From Eledone cirrhosa (Eukaryota): a stretch of DNA of 64,000 nucleotides. Shown in pieces: positions 39,413 through 54,211 of the stretch. The notes beneath the pieces were generated by a model that was given only the letters and a program-made list of their open reading frames with translations, ran no database searches and had not been told where the DNA came from. Location of the stretch: assembly GCA_964016885.1 (NCBI GenBank), contig OZ024741.1:109306001-109370000 (forward strand), written 5' to 3'. Both the position numbers and the translations under genes were made by a program. Every line of letters starts with the position of its first letter. Position 1 is the stretch's first letter.

Positions 39413-40387
39413 AAAATGTTCGATCTACATGGCTGCATTCAATAAATGTAATCTGAGTTTTTCGAATATTAATAATAACATTCGATTCGTTTGTAATTAT
39501 ACAAACAAGCCTCATTTTTATAGCCATGTCAGTAGAATGAACTCTTCTTTCTTGCTCTTGTGTTGGCATATAAACAGAACTGCAGGCACTAATGTTTCTG
39601 GGTATCACCCTTCATCAGTACAGCTCACTGTTCACCTACAACTGTCAGAACTAGTGAAAATATATGCTATTTACTAAAATACACAGTGACTGATCGACCT
39701 GATTTGCATATTAGCAGACTGGCTGATCAGTCAGATCTGCATATTAGCAGATCCACTGATCAGCCAGATTTGCATATCAGCAGACTGGCCAGTCAGTTTC
39801 CTGTATACGAGCGACAAATGGCTGGCTTTGCCACATTCAAATAAAAAAAGAAAATGTTCACTCTACATGGCTGCATACAATAAATGTAATCTGAGTTTTT
39901 CGAATATTAATAATAATATTCGATTCGTTTGCAATTATGCAAACGAATCGAATTATGCAGCCATGTAGAGCGAAAATTTTCTTTTTTATTTGAATGTGAC
40001 AAAGCCGGCCATTTGTGGCTCGTATACAGGAAACTGACTGGCCAGTCTGCTGATATGCAAATCTGGCTGATCAGTGGATCTGCTAATATGCAGATCTGAC
40101 TGATCAGCCAGACTGCTAATATGCAAATCAGGTCGATCAGTCACTGTGTATTTTAGTAAATAGCATATATTTTCACTAGCTCTGACAGTTGTAGGTGAAC
40201 AGTGGGCTGTACTGATGAAGGGTGATACCCAGAAACATCAGTGTCTGCAGTCCTGTTTACATGCCAACACAAGAACAAGAACGAAGATTTCATTCTACTG
40301 ACATGGCTATAAAAATGAGGCTTGTTTGTATAATTACAAACGAATCGAATGTTATTATTAATATTCGAAAAACTCAGATTACATTTA
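39411..40387. mobile_element. Tandem-plus-inverted 438-bp HHR-containing unit in (TA)n (retrozyme/PLE-like)
   Basis: 39411-39505 repeated at 39849-39943; 39955-40387 is the inverted copy; internal ~30-bp subrepeats. Confidence 0.85.
40204..40253 (+). ncRNA. Type I hammerhead ribozyme
   Basis: gggctgta-CTGATGA-agggt-gat-accca-GAAA-ca-tcag-tg-TC-tgcagtcc; the - strand copy at 39577-39626 has GCC instead of GUC. Confidence 0.85.
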
Positions 40388-41332
40388 TATATATATATAC
40401 CATTTATCTTACGTTGTTTACTAATGGATGCAACTGGTGATTCCGGGTAGTAAACGACGATGCAGTAAATTAAAGAACTCGACCTTATGCAGATCATCCA
40501 TCGGAGATGTGAAATCCAGTGGTTGGTACAAAATAACAACAGAAGGTTGGACTCGAAACTTATAAATTTAATTCCGGAATTTTGGCGAACACAAACAGAG
40601 AATAAAAATTTAAAGGGCCGATTTTCTATTTTCTGTGTTCGCTAAAATCCGAAGCACTTTGCATACTGTTGCATACTGTCCGACAGAGAAACATTAATAA
40701 ATAAATAAAAAACCTGAATTAGTGACCACATGTATGGACCACATACAAAAATCATACCTATGCCTCAAACTAACAAAAGCTCCTGGAGGCTAGTGATCCA
40801 CATCTATCAAGTGCGGGAACCCAAACCACTCGTCATTTAAGCTTGCTCAGCGACATGTACCTGGACTAAATCCCACCCTACACTTCTGCCCAAGCACCCG
40901 CAATTCTACCAGGAACCCACTTGGTGAGACCCCAGGTCCACACAGCACTCCCCATCCCTCACCTAGTATACCCACCTACCACCTACATAGTACTATCAAC
41001 CTACCTATACTCACCTGTAAGTTTCCTTTTACATATTTTACTTCCAATGTGTATATGTGCAGATAGCCTTAAACGTCTTCCTCCCTAATCATATATGAAT
41101 GTAGCACGTACATGTGTGTGCATGTGTAGGATGCATGTGCCTGCATGTGTAGCATACATGTGGGTGCATGTGTGCAGACAATTTTTCCGCCTTCCCGCCC
41201 CATATGGGACTGCATGGGCCAGTGTAGGTGCGTGTGTGCAGACAATTCTAGCACCTTCTCTCACCATTTGGATATGCATGCGCCTGTGAGATTGTGTACG
41301 GATGCGCATATCCATGTACCTAGATATATAGA

Positions 41333-41415
<83 letters not shown>

Positions 41416-41911
41416 ACATTTCTATGCATGGTATGTGAATGTGCATGTATGGTTGTGTACACGTATGTGTATGTATGTGTATGTATGTACACGTGTATGT
41501 ATGTGGGCATGTAGTATGAATGTGGTTATATTCATGTGTGTATACTTTACCAACTCTTCCTACCTACTCATTTATTTGCTTTCTAATTTCTTATCTCATC
41601 CCATTACTTCCATTAAAGTAATAATTTATTCTTTTATTCATGCATTTCTATGTAAAACCTTCTAAAACTTCCCAGTATACTGTCGTGTGTGCCTGTATGT
41701 ATGCAATATGCATACACGTAGTACATACAATTCATCACTGTTTACCAGCCCATATAATTTTTAAACCCTTATAATTTACTTGATCTCATTTGATCCTATT
41801 TAATAGACACATTGTCTCTGAATCTCGGGAATTTTAGCCGCCCTAGATAGATAGATTTTCTCTGAATAAATTTAAAACGTCATTGGCTTTCAATATTTAA
41901 CAATTTTATAT

Positions 41912-42099
41912 AAGGGCGGGGGATTGGCAGTATCGGTAGAGGGTCGGACGCCATGCTTTGCAGCACAGTTACGTCCCTTTACGGACTGAGTTCAAATCCC
42001 GCCGAGGTTAACTTTGCCTTTCATCCTTACGGGGTCGATAAAATAAAGTACCAGTAATACACTGAAATAATTGCTGGCCTTGTGCCAAAAGTAGAAACA
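41912..42099 (+). mobile_element. Full-length tRNA-derived SINE with 20-bp TSD
   Basis: A-box tggcagtatcgg, B-box gagttcaaatcc; TSD aatatttaacaattttatat at 41892-41911 and 42100-42119. Confidence 0.92.
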
Positions 42100-42180
42100 A
42101 ATATTTAACAATTTTATATCTAAAACAGAACGCAAGGAGCTGCGGCTTCTTCTACAAAGATAATTTATAACCCAACGTCA

Positions 42181-42515
42181 TCTATATATCTAAAACAGAG
42201 AATATCTGTCTGTCTGTCTGTCCGATCACTAAAACTCGAGAACCACCCAACCGATTGTTTTCAAACTTTACACATGTAATACTTATGGTCCTGTGAGTAT
42301 TTTGAGCAAAATATATTTCAAATGTTCAGTGCCCTAGGGACCGCATTAGGCGATTTAGCAATCTCTCTCTATAATACTTAGTCTTTCTTTTTAGATAGAT
42401 ACATAGATATAACGTAGCGCCCTTATAATATCTGTCAGTATGTAAGGCTGTCTGCATTACGACATTATGACGCTATATGTGTGTGTGTGTGTATATATGT
42501 ATATATATATATATA

Positions 42516-42584
<69 letters not shown>

Positions 42585-42701
42585 GTGTGTGTAACGTTTT
42601 TCGAAATATTTACCTCTGCGTTCACAGATTGATATTTTTAGTTTCAGAAGATCCCGTTAAGGATGAAAGCACCGATTCTTTGCTTAAGCTTTAATCTGTT
42701 A

Positions 42702-42745
<44 letters not shown>

Positions 42746-43020
42746 TATATAATTATATATAATTATATATTCGTGTACAGATATTTTTGCATACACAATA
42801 ACAAAATATAAACAAAAGTATTTATTTCGCGATAAAGTATTGATTTTCTTCGCACGGAAAAAACCCTGGTAATCTACGACGAATTTTTTTTATAAGCACA
42901 AAATGTAGACACCATCCCGAGGCCGAGGTATTCCGTACTTATCTGTACTATTTCATAAAGGAGGGATAAACATGCCAATCTATGTTTAGAATCCCGAGCA
43001 ACGCCGGGCCATTCTACTAG
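42181..43020 (+). mobile_element. Non-autonomous Helitron
   Basis: a|TCtatata 5' end, (tctg)n, subterminal hairpin cccgagcaacgccggg, CTAG|t 3' end, no TSD; nested TA tract and HHR-family copy at ~42586-42710. Confidence 0.8.
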
Positions 43021-43324
43021 TATAACGTAAAAAATGTGTGATATCCTATAGACATATGCCTATATGACTATAGGGACGTGGTGGTGGAGAGAATACAGAA
43101 TTTGCTGTTACTCATTTATGGTTTCGCCTGGGAAATTATCCACCATTGAATCTGGTAACGTATATATCCTGAAAGTATAAATTTTATTTGATTCTGAGTA
43201 GATTATAACTTGATTACAAAATTACTTGAAGAGCTTAATAAAAAACGGAGGAGGGAGATTTTGTATATTATATATATATGTGTGTGTGTTTATATATATA
43301 TATATGTGTGTGTGTGTGCGTGTT

Positions 43325-43417
<93 letters not shown>

Positions 43418-43429
43418 ATATATATCTTC

Positions 43430-44560
43430 TCGTCTTCATTGCCGACTTATTCCTGGGAATGCTGTGGAAGTTGAGTCCTCTAACACGCCTACCATTGTCC
43501 CTCTCACAAGTAACTGTCTCCAATTGATACGGTAAGATCTCCAAGCGCTACCAGCTGAGCTGATGGATGTTATCTAACCATCAGGCTTGAGATATACCCA
43601 TCAGGTTCTGGCGGTTCGTTTTCCCGTTAAATCTCTCTTCTTGAGACATTCTAACTACATATCCGTAGTATCGGAGCTGTGATCTCTCTAGTCGGAAAAG
43701 TAGCGACTCTCTGATCTCCGAGCTATGCACTCTATTAAGTAACGTTACCCCAAAGGCCCTTCGCAGGAACTCTATTTCGGCAGCTTGTATTCGCGATAGT
43801 ATTATTTCGGTCATTACCGAAAATTCATGTCCATACGTAAGGGCTGGCACGAATACCAAATTGAAAATAGAGGGTTTCACTTTTACATATACCTCCTTTC
43901 TTTTGATGAACAAATGAAAAGGCAGGCGCTTTACTGCACCAGCTCCTGCAATTCTTGCACTCAGTTCAGCCAACTGCTTTCCATCTCTCGTGAACACGGC
44001 CCCGCGATACTTGAACTTCTCCATCTACAGAGGGCTCGGTGCTGGGCTCCTTGAGTGCATGTCGGAGATTACCATGTCGTCCGCAAATTTCAGCCGACTG
44101 ATCCTACATCCGCCAGACATACCACTTTCAACCTGGCTGCGCAATTATGTCTATGAAGATTATAAACAGTAGATGCGACAGTACACACCTTTCGTTGTGT
44201 CAGACATCCACATTGAATGGTTTCGACTTTGCACCCTTTATACACTCTTTATGCGTATAAGGACATTAGGACAACAAGAAGCTGTTCTTCGATCACATCC
44301 TCCCCCAGAAGATTCTGCAACACGTCTCATAGAACGCGGTCATATAATTTGTCGATGTCTACGAAAGAAGCATACATCTCTTGGCAATACTCTTACGATT
44401 TCCCAAAGTCCTGCTGCAGTGTGAATATGTGGTCGGTGGTGCTGTCCCGAGGTGAAAACCACTGTTTGTCAGCTAGCTAAGACTTGACATTATCCCTCTA
44501 TATTTTTGCCAGATACAGTATAAACTTAATCAGGGAGGCTTAACACATTTGTCACATTTT
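43430..44560 (-). mobile_element. Degenerate RTE-like LINE
   Basis: LKFADDMV; EKFKYRGAVFTRDGK..VPALTYGHE..RIQAAEIEFLRR..RSQLRYYGYVVRM. Confidence 0.85.
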
Positions 44561-45038
44561 GGACATTGGATTATCATTGGTGTGGATGATGAAGCCGGAT
44601 GATGAAGCCGGTAGATGGTCTGGCAGAACACTTTATTTGCTGATCAGAAGTCGGATTCCAGCGTAACCACCAAAGTCCACCCATGTATTAACTTTGCACG
44701 TCTTTACTGACTGCTACGACCTTTCACGCCTGCTTGACCGCAAGTGCAAGAGGGAGGACGTTTTCCCATGCCATATACACACAGATTAAGCCACCAAACT
44801 AAAGCTTCGAAATCACACCCGCTTTACGATTTAGAACATAAATTCATATCACTACGCAAGATCGAACCAGGAATTTCAGGATAACGAAGAGCAATCCTTA
44901 CCCAATCTCAGCTGCATGCATCATCCATCCTACTACCCACACATCCTCCCTTTCATAAATATATACATACATACATATACATTTACATCCACATTCACGC
45001 ATGCATATTTGCATACACTCATACATACCTGTACAAAC

Positions 45039-45069
<31 letters not shown>

Positions 45070-45359
45070 CATACGAACATATACATATATACACACATAT
45101 ATGTGCACACATATATGTACACACATACATAAATACATACAGACATACACACAAACTATCAAAGCTAAATCTAATCCACAGGAGGCAACACGTGACCAAC
45201 AACGTCACTGGAGTAGCCAACTGGAAAACGCTTCTCTGAATAGTCCCGTAGGGAGCGGTACAACTAGAAGAAACGGCGCCTCGCCAATAAGTATATCGGC
45301 TTAATAACCAACTACCTCTCTTATTCCCCCTCTCTCGTTCTCATTTTCTCTCTCTCTCT

Positions 45360-46797
<1,438 letters not shown>

Positions 46798-47007
46798 CAA
46801 TTGAATTCGTTTTTACATGCACGTTAAAAGTCTGTTTTTCCATGTATTAATATACACACCTGGACGCACACACACACACACACATACATACACACACTTG
46901 CGCACGCACGCACACGCACACACACACATACACACACACACTCACACATATATATAAAACTTAAGAAAATTAACAAAGGGGGGACAAGACAAAGAACGGA
47001 AGAAAAT

Positions 47008-47090
47008 CGCTACCTAAGGTTTCAAGGCCCATTATTGACAATATCTCCAGACTGTAAGAGGGATTAAATTTGCGACCTAGTCATCAGGCG
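47008..47090 (-). ncRNA. Type I HHR motif with long stem II loop
   Basis: Minus strand: cgc-CTGATGA-ctaggtc...gggcctt-GAAA-cc-tta-gg-TA-gcg. Confidence 0.65.
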
Positions 47091-48561
47091 CCTAGACGAG
47101 TTTGAAGTTACTGTTAAAAATATAGCGCGTTAAAACGCATGCTTACGAAAACGTAGTATAATTCAAAGACCTAAATTTGAAATTTCAAAGTTGGTGGACT
47201 CGAGTATGGTATTTTGTGGTGTTATGTAATACAGAGATAGTGATGGAGAGGAGAACCTCGGATTAAATGCTTCGGCACATGCTTCGTCTCCCTGCGTATT
47301 GAGTACGAAGCAAACATCCCCTCGACAGGATTTGCACTCAGTAGTTAATATCAGCAATGGAATGCCCAGTGGACAACAAGCTTTTCTTTATACAAACTTG
47401 CGGTGACTACTTTTCTTTTCTTTTCTTTATACATATATATATATACATATATATATACACATATATAATAGAAAAAAATAGGGCTGATGCCTATATATAT
47501 ATATACCTTCTCAGCTGACATACCACAACAAAAATATTTTTTTGTCACAAAACTATTCCGACGAGCAGATCGATACTAGAGTCGGATCCATAACTCCTAT
47601 GGGTTACCATGAGCCAATCCTCTGCGAAACCGCTAACAATCGTTTGGAATCATCGGAGCACTAGCAAAGTTTAGACATAATTAACCTCCTATTCTACAGA
47701 ACAATCGTAAAGATACATAGATGGTAGTGTTGTCATTAACAGTGTCATATTTAAAGAGTGAAGATGATGTGGTCAGTATCAGTGGATGCGACAGAGATTA
47801 TAAAAGAATAATATAACAATTATAGAGGAATTAAAGAAGAAAGTTACTCGCAAAACGATGACATTAGCAGTACATATGCAAGCGTATAGAAAGAGTGCAG
47901 ATGTGTTAGGTATGTAAAGAATAACCAGGTAAGAAACAAGCAATGGTACTAAGCATATGTATGGCAAAGGTATCACATAATACAATACAGGTATAAAAGC
48001 ATATTAAGCAGACAGAGATGTTTGGGTATGAAAAGCAGTTTCTATGAAGTTTATGGTGGATGTAATGTGATAATTGTTCTGGTAATGTTCAAATGTGCAT
48101 GTGCATGTGTTGTGAGTATTAATATCAAGGTTTTCCTTTCCATTACATTGGTTATATTTTAGTAAATGTTTATCTGTAGTAACAACTATGGATTGTATAT
48201 TGGCCCTATTACAATCTTATCAAGGGTTCGAGTTGTTCTGGATTGATCTGTCTAACGGTTTAATTTCAGGAAGTGAATTAGAGATCTATATTAAGGGGAG
48301 CTAATGTGATAGGGGAGGTAATTGGCGATTAATTTGTATATAAGAGAAAAAATGTATAGTTGTTTACAACTCCAATTAGTTAAATTCTATGTGTTAATAT
48401 ACAATATATTATGTTATAAGTGAATCCTTTTATATAATCCTATTTATTTTTTAATTTATATATTTAATTTTAAATACAGTCTATTTTCCTATAATACCTT
48501 AAAGGTCTCATTTTATCACTACCTCCCCATATACTAATTAAATGAATAAAATATTAGTAAG

Positions 48562-49315
48562 TTATAGTCCTGTCACTATCTCCTTTTGAAATCTACCGTC
48601 TTTGGTCAGTGTGGATTCTAGGTACTTGAAGGTATTCACTTCTTCCAATCTTACTCCATCCAGCATGATGTTGGCTGATATAATCTGATTATAACTATTA
48701 ACTAGTATCCTGCTCTTTTCTGAGTTGATCTCCATTCTGTATGCTCCAGATATGTTTTCCAGTCTAGTAATGAGCTCCTTGAGTTCTGCTTCAATGCTTC
48801 CAAACAGGTCAATATCGTCAGCAAATCGCAGGTTGGAAATAGGCCGTCTTCCAATGGAAGCAGAGGTGTGGAAGTTTTGGAGTGTCTCTTGAATGATGTT
48901 ATTCAGGAAGATGTTGAAAAGCACCGAGACACCATTTTCGAACTTCCACTGTTGTTCTAAAGATTTCTCCAATGTTGTTATTCAGAACTGTACTGCTTGA
49001 ACTGTCATACAGTGCTTTAATTACTTGAAAGAGGTTGATGTCAAAGTTGTAATTCTTCATCACTGTCCACAAACCCTCATGCCAAACACGGTCCAAAGCT
49101 TTTTCAAAGTGGATGAAATTATGCAGTCAGATTGGTGCTGCAGGTGTTTCTCATTGAGCAGTCCGGTGTTAAATTTCTGCGTTGTTGTACCTGAATCCTG
49201 CCTGTTCTTCTGCCAGGATTTCTTCTGCATTTCCCTTAAATCTGTTTAGAAAAAATATTAGAAGTACTTTGCTTGGGTGACTAATTATGCTGATAGCTCT
49301 GTAGTTCTGGTAGAT
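48562..49315 (-). mobile_element. RTE-like LINE RT fragment
   Basis: NYRAISIISHPSKVL..AEEQAGFR; DRVWHEGLW; LFNIFL; NLRFADDIDL; FKYL. Confidence 0.88.
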
Positions 49316-49863
49316 ATTTATGTGGTTAATATATGAGAGCCACGCTACTAAAGAAAACATTTTTTGTTATAAAAAAATATTTTTCTATCTTTGCTCTGTG
49401 AACATGTCACAGACAACTCAGCAGTCGCTGAGCAAGCCAGACGACTCTTCAAATTTCGTTAACCTCTTATCAGTGGCATTCATTCAAACGGTACTTGCAT
49501 GAAATTAGATTAGAACCTATATAAATATTGTGTATTAAACATCGGCTAGAAATGCTCATATGCATATACTATGAACTTGGCTGATTATGATTGATTGCGT
49601 TAAACACAATAGGGGTGTGTAAGAAAGCACCATACTATATGCTTATATACAATAAACATTTGAAAGTATATACTTTCTTATGAAAATTAACGGCTGAGCA
49701 GACAAATTTGCATATCGAGTGAGTTAGTCGGCCGGGCGCACCGAAAATGATAAATGGAATTTAGTATGCATATACATACATACATGCACACACATGCTCA
49801 GCCGTTAATATGCATACGGAAAGTATATACTTTCAAACGTTCAATCAACTGACAGGAAGGTAT

Positions 49864-49906
49864 ACGGTGCTGATGACAGCTAATAAGCTAGAAACTAGTT
49901 CATCGT
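49864..49906 (+). ncRNA. Type I minimal hammerhead ribozyme
   Basis: acggtg-CTGATGA-cagct-aata-agcta-GAAA-ctag-TT-catcgt; palindromic stem III. Confidence 0.85.
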
Positions 49907-50022
49907 TCCTTTGTCAGTGTTGAACAAAATGGCAACGATGGTTGCCGAACACTATACGGCTAATAATTCGGGCTGTTTGTTTACAAACAAACCGAGCATT
50001 ATAATGTTCAGTAAACCCATGC

Positions 50023-50076
<54 letters not shown>

Positions 50077-50320
50077 TCATGTATGTATTTATATATATAC
50101 TACTGTACGTCTGTATACATATATGTATGTACGTATACATACTTATATTTAAGTATCAGCCGTGCTAAGAGTGAAAAATGAAATTTTATTTTTTCCATTT
50201 ATCGTTTTCGGTGAGCCCGGCCGACTAACTCACTCAATATGCAAATTAGGCTGCTCAGCCGTTAATATGCATAAGGAAAGTATATACTTTCAAACGTTCA
50301 ATTGACTGACAGGAAGGTAT

Positions 50321-50363
50321 ACAGTGCTGATGACAGCTAATAAGCTAGAAACTAGTTCATCGT
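50321..50363 (+). ncRNA. Type I minimal hammerhead ribozyme (second tandem copy)
   Basis: acagtg-CTGATGA-cagctaataagcta-GAAA-ctag-TT-catcgt; one mismatch in stem I. Confidence 0.8.
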
Positions 50364-51159
50364 TCCTTTCTCAGTGTTGAACAAATGGCAACGATGGTTG
50401 CCGAACACTGTACGGCTAATAATTCGGGCTGTTTGTTTACAAACAAACCGAGAATTATAATAAATGTTCGTACATATATATATGTGTGTGCATGTATGTA
50501 TGTATATATATACATACTACTGTACGTCTGTATACATATATGTATGTACGTATACATACTTAAATTATTTGTATATAAGTTTATGCAAAATACAATGTTA
50601 ATTGTAGTTCGCGTGAGTGTGTGTGGTGGTGGGGGTGGGGCGAGGTTATTTGTATGTGTGGGTGGTGGTATAGTTGTGTGTATATGTACATAATGCGACA
50701 CAATACAAACCAAGAATGGGTGAGTAAGGAAAGGTGGGCTATGAATGGGGAGTCACCTATCCCATGCGTAAAGACTAAAAAACACAAACAAACGATTTAC
50801 AAACACACAAATATAAATCTGTATATATGTATATGTGTGAATGGATGTTTCTCTCTCTTTCGCTCCCTCACTCACACATATACTCTTTCTCCCTCCTTCT
50901 CTATCTCTCTCTCTTTATATTGATGGGGATATGTATATGTATATAAGGGACAATATAATTGACAGTGACAGTCGGGGATCTACATATATAACGTGTAAAG
51001 AATATAAAAAAAAAATAAAAATAACAAGAAAAATACAATGAAAATTCCTCAATAGTGGGGATAAACAACTTGGGGTGATTCAGGAAACCCACCAATTCTG
51101 AACCAACCGATGCATCGAGGGCATCTGGAAAGGATACAAATTAGCCAGCCGACCAACGC

Positions 51160-51872
51160 ATGCTCAGAGTATGCCCATTCACACGGGTCATTCTCACAAC
51201 ATTCAACCACGTTTTAGCAAATGTACTGGGAGCCTCTCCACTTCTTTTCCAAGTTTAACTTGAAAAAGCCGATGAGGGATTGGCCGAAGAAAAAATGGGT
51301 CTGTCTTAAGTCCTTTCAACCTGGTCCACCACACAACCTTTTTCTTCACCGTCACCAGACAGAGGAAAATTGCCTGCCATTCCCGGCCAAAAGAAGGCGA
51401 CGGGTTGATCTTCAGATCTTCACTATGGACTCTGTCGATAGCCAGATCCGTTCAACACGTGACAACAACTGTTCGACATAACTCCTCAAGTCAACAATGC
51501 ACGGACACTGGACGAGCGCGTGCAGAACGGTTTCGTCGCTCTGCACGCATCTCGGGCAGGTCCGTCTAACAGCAATTCCATGCTTATAGAGTTTATCTCA
51601 AACCGGCATGGGAAGCTCTCCGGAACAGACTGGTCAGTTCGACTTGGTTGACGCCCAAAGCCTCTCCGAGTGCGTCGTCGCACTTGGCCACCAATAATTC
51701 TCTATAGAACTCGAGAGTGGAAGTTCCACTGGCCGTACTTCCCGCCTGGTAGAGGGCAGTGAGAGCCTGGCAACATTCCAGATACCAGGCGCCTAGTCTC
51801 GGTATCTTCTTGACCCAAGACTACAGCTCAGTCAAAAGGATGAGCTGCGGAAAAGCCCTTCTAACAAACGGC
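51160..51872 (-). mobile_element. Second L1/Tx1-like fragment, homologous to 26560-27330
   Basis: PFVRRAFPQLILLTEL..W..EC.QALTAL..FYR..KCDD; CPRC motif. Confidence 0.8.
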
Positions 51873-52294
51873 GAGCTGTTGGAGCTGTTGCTGCCGTTGC
51901 TCTCTTCATCTATTTCGTTGTTGCTGTTGGTGCTGCCGTTATTCATGCTGTCAGGGGTGGTGTTGCTAATTTCATTTTTGCATGCTGTGTTTATAATTAA
52001 TTTTTGTGTGTACATAATTGTGCTTTTAAGTCGCTATCCCGAAAACGTAGATTTAATGTTGTGGAGGGGGCGTGTCTCGTCCATATTTTATGAGGCAAAG
52101 TAATTTCCAAAAGAAATAAAGTTCAAATATTTGGACCCAATGGCCTAAATATTGTGGAGTCGCCTTTAAACAGGGCGAAGACGGGTATCTTATGACCTCT
52201 TTGTCACAAAAAATACAATAAATTCAAAGCAAAATCTTGAAAATTAACCAACTCACGGAGTTCGCAAAAACACGATTTCACAGTCCGACAACCA

Positions 52295-52571
52295 ATAATA
52301 ATTGTTTCTACTTTTGTCACAAGGCCAGCAATTAACCCAGTACATTACTGGTACTTTATTTTATCGACCCGTACGTATGAAAGGCAAAGTTAACCTCGGT
52401 GGAATTTGAACTCAGACCGTAAAAGGGCGTAACTTTATGCTGCAAAGCATGGCGTTCGACGCTCTACCGATACTGCCAATCCACCGCCCTATCCACCGAC
52501 AAACAATAATAATATTAATAATAATTGTTTCTACTTTAGGCACAAGGCCAGCAATTACCCAGTACATTACT
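52295..52571 (-). mobile_element. SINE plus a short SINE 3' fragment
   Basis: Same tRNA-SINE family. Confidence 0.85.
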
Positions 52572-53428
52572 GAATACATCAAACACAACAATGGCGAAGA
52601 TGATGATGACAATGAAGATAACGTTGATGGTCATGATAATTATGATGACGACAGCGACAACATCGATGATGATAATGATAATGATGATACAGTACAAGTG
52701 CAAAGTGTGAGAAAAAGAGAGGCGGCTAAAGAAAAGAATATGAAAACGAGGTAGACAAGATGGCGTCACATTAGTGAAAGACGTTTTTAGTAGGACTTGA
52801 TGTAGGAAGGATATATTATCGCACTAAATTACTAGTTAACAATGGACTATTATGGACAACTCTTTCATACATACACAGATGCGCGCACACTTACATATGC
52901 ACACATATATACAATCTAGTATATGTATATGTATACATATGTATATGTTTATGTATTTTTATATATGTTTATATATAAATACACACGCACATATATATAT
53001 ATATATATACGTACGTACGTGTATATTAATATGCATATATATACATATTATATATATATATATACATATTAATATACATATTATATATATATATATATAT
53101 TTATATTAATATAGATATATATATACACACAGACACACACAAAAGCACAAACACACAGGCATACACACAAAAGCACACACATACACACACTCAATTATAT
53201 GAGCGGGATGTTCTACAAAGGACATAATAGACGTAGAGAATATTATATTTATTAAGAATGATAATTTACGGCTGCCTGTACATGCTCGTCGCTCATCAGA
53301 AATATTTCTCAAAGTCATACACACAGTTACACTCAAACACTTAGACTCACACACATACGCATACTTGCATACAAATATATACGCACATACACAGACAATC
53401 ACACACATATAGACGTTTGTATGTATGC

Positions 53429-53496
<68 letters not shown>

Positions 53497-53499
53497 GCG

Positions 53500-53541
<42 letters not shown>

Positions 53542-53700
53542 TTAGAAACACACAGATACATGCGAACACACACATATATACATGAATGCATCCGCACCCA
53601 ACTGTGAGTTAAGGGTGCCAACTTCACCGATGTTGCTCAATGAATGACTGGGACAGACCTATCCAGTTGAACTAGACTGAACCAGTATCAGAGTTAAAAA

Positions 53701-54211
53701 TACATTATGAAGAGAGAAGAAACATTTAGATATAATTAGTAATAAAATGTATCATGCCTAAACTGCTTCTAAATTCCTCGACTACGTAGTTTCGTGGCAT
53801 AAACAAAAACAATATATCATAAAGATATAGAGTACTTGCGAGGTCTGCCGACTTATCAAGAGGATACCTCATTTTACTAGTCTCAAGAACGCGTCTACAC
53901 GACGTGAGAAAGAATCCCAAAAGGCGGAGGGGGAGATAGTCACGCGAGCTCTGTTTCTCGACCGTTATATCGCGTGACTATCTCCCCCTCCGCCTTTTGG
54001 GATTCTTTCTCACGTCGTGTAGACGCGTTCTTGAGACTAGTAAAATGAGGTATCCTCTTGATAAGTCGGCAGACCTCGCAAGTACTCTATATCTTTATGA
54101 TATATTGTTTTTGTTTATGCCACGAAACTACGTAGTCGAGGAATTTAGAAGCAGTTTAGGTATGATACATTTTATTACTAATTATATCTAAATGTTTCTT
54201 CTCTCTTCATA

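Larger units (their letters stand above)
49660..50565 (+). mobile_element. Tandem HHR-delimited 457-nt unit with a 5' inversion (retrozyme-like)
   Basis: 49795-50143 repeated at 50252-50562; HHRs at 49864-49906 and 50321-50363; 49660-49762 inverted relative to ~50190-50295. Confidence 0.82.

Noticed and set aside
41914-42010. tRNA gene
   Set aside because: The A/B boxes belong to a SINE head with body, tail and TSD; no complete cloverleaf.
44690-44790. Possible HDV-like ribozyme upstream of the RTE remnant
   Set aside because: I could not assign the nested double pseudoknot by eye.
53726-54191. Two identical 64-aa ORFs on opposite strands
   Set aside because: A consequence of the DNA palindrome; non-ATG start and no protein features.
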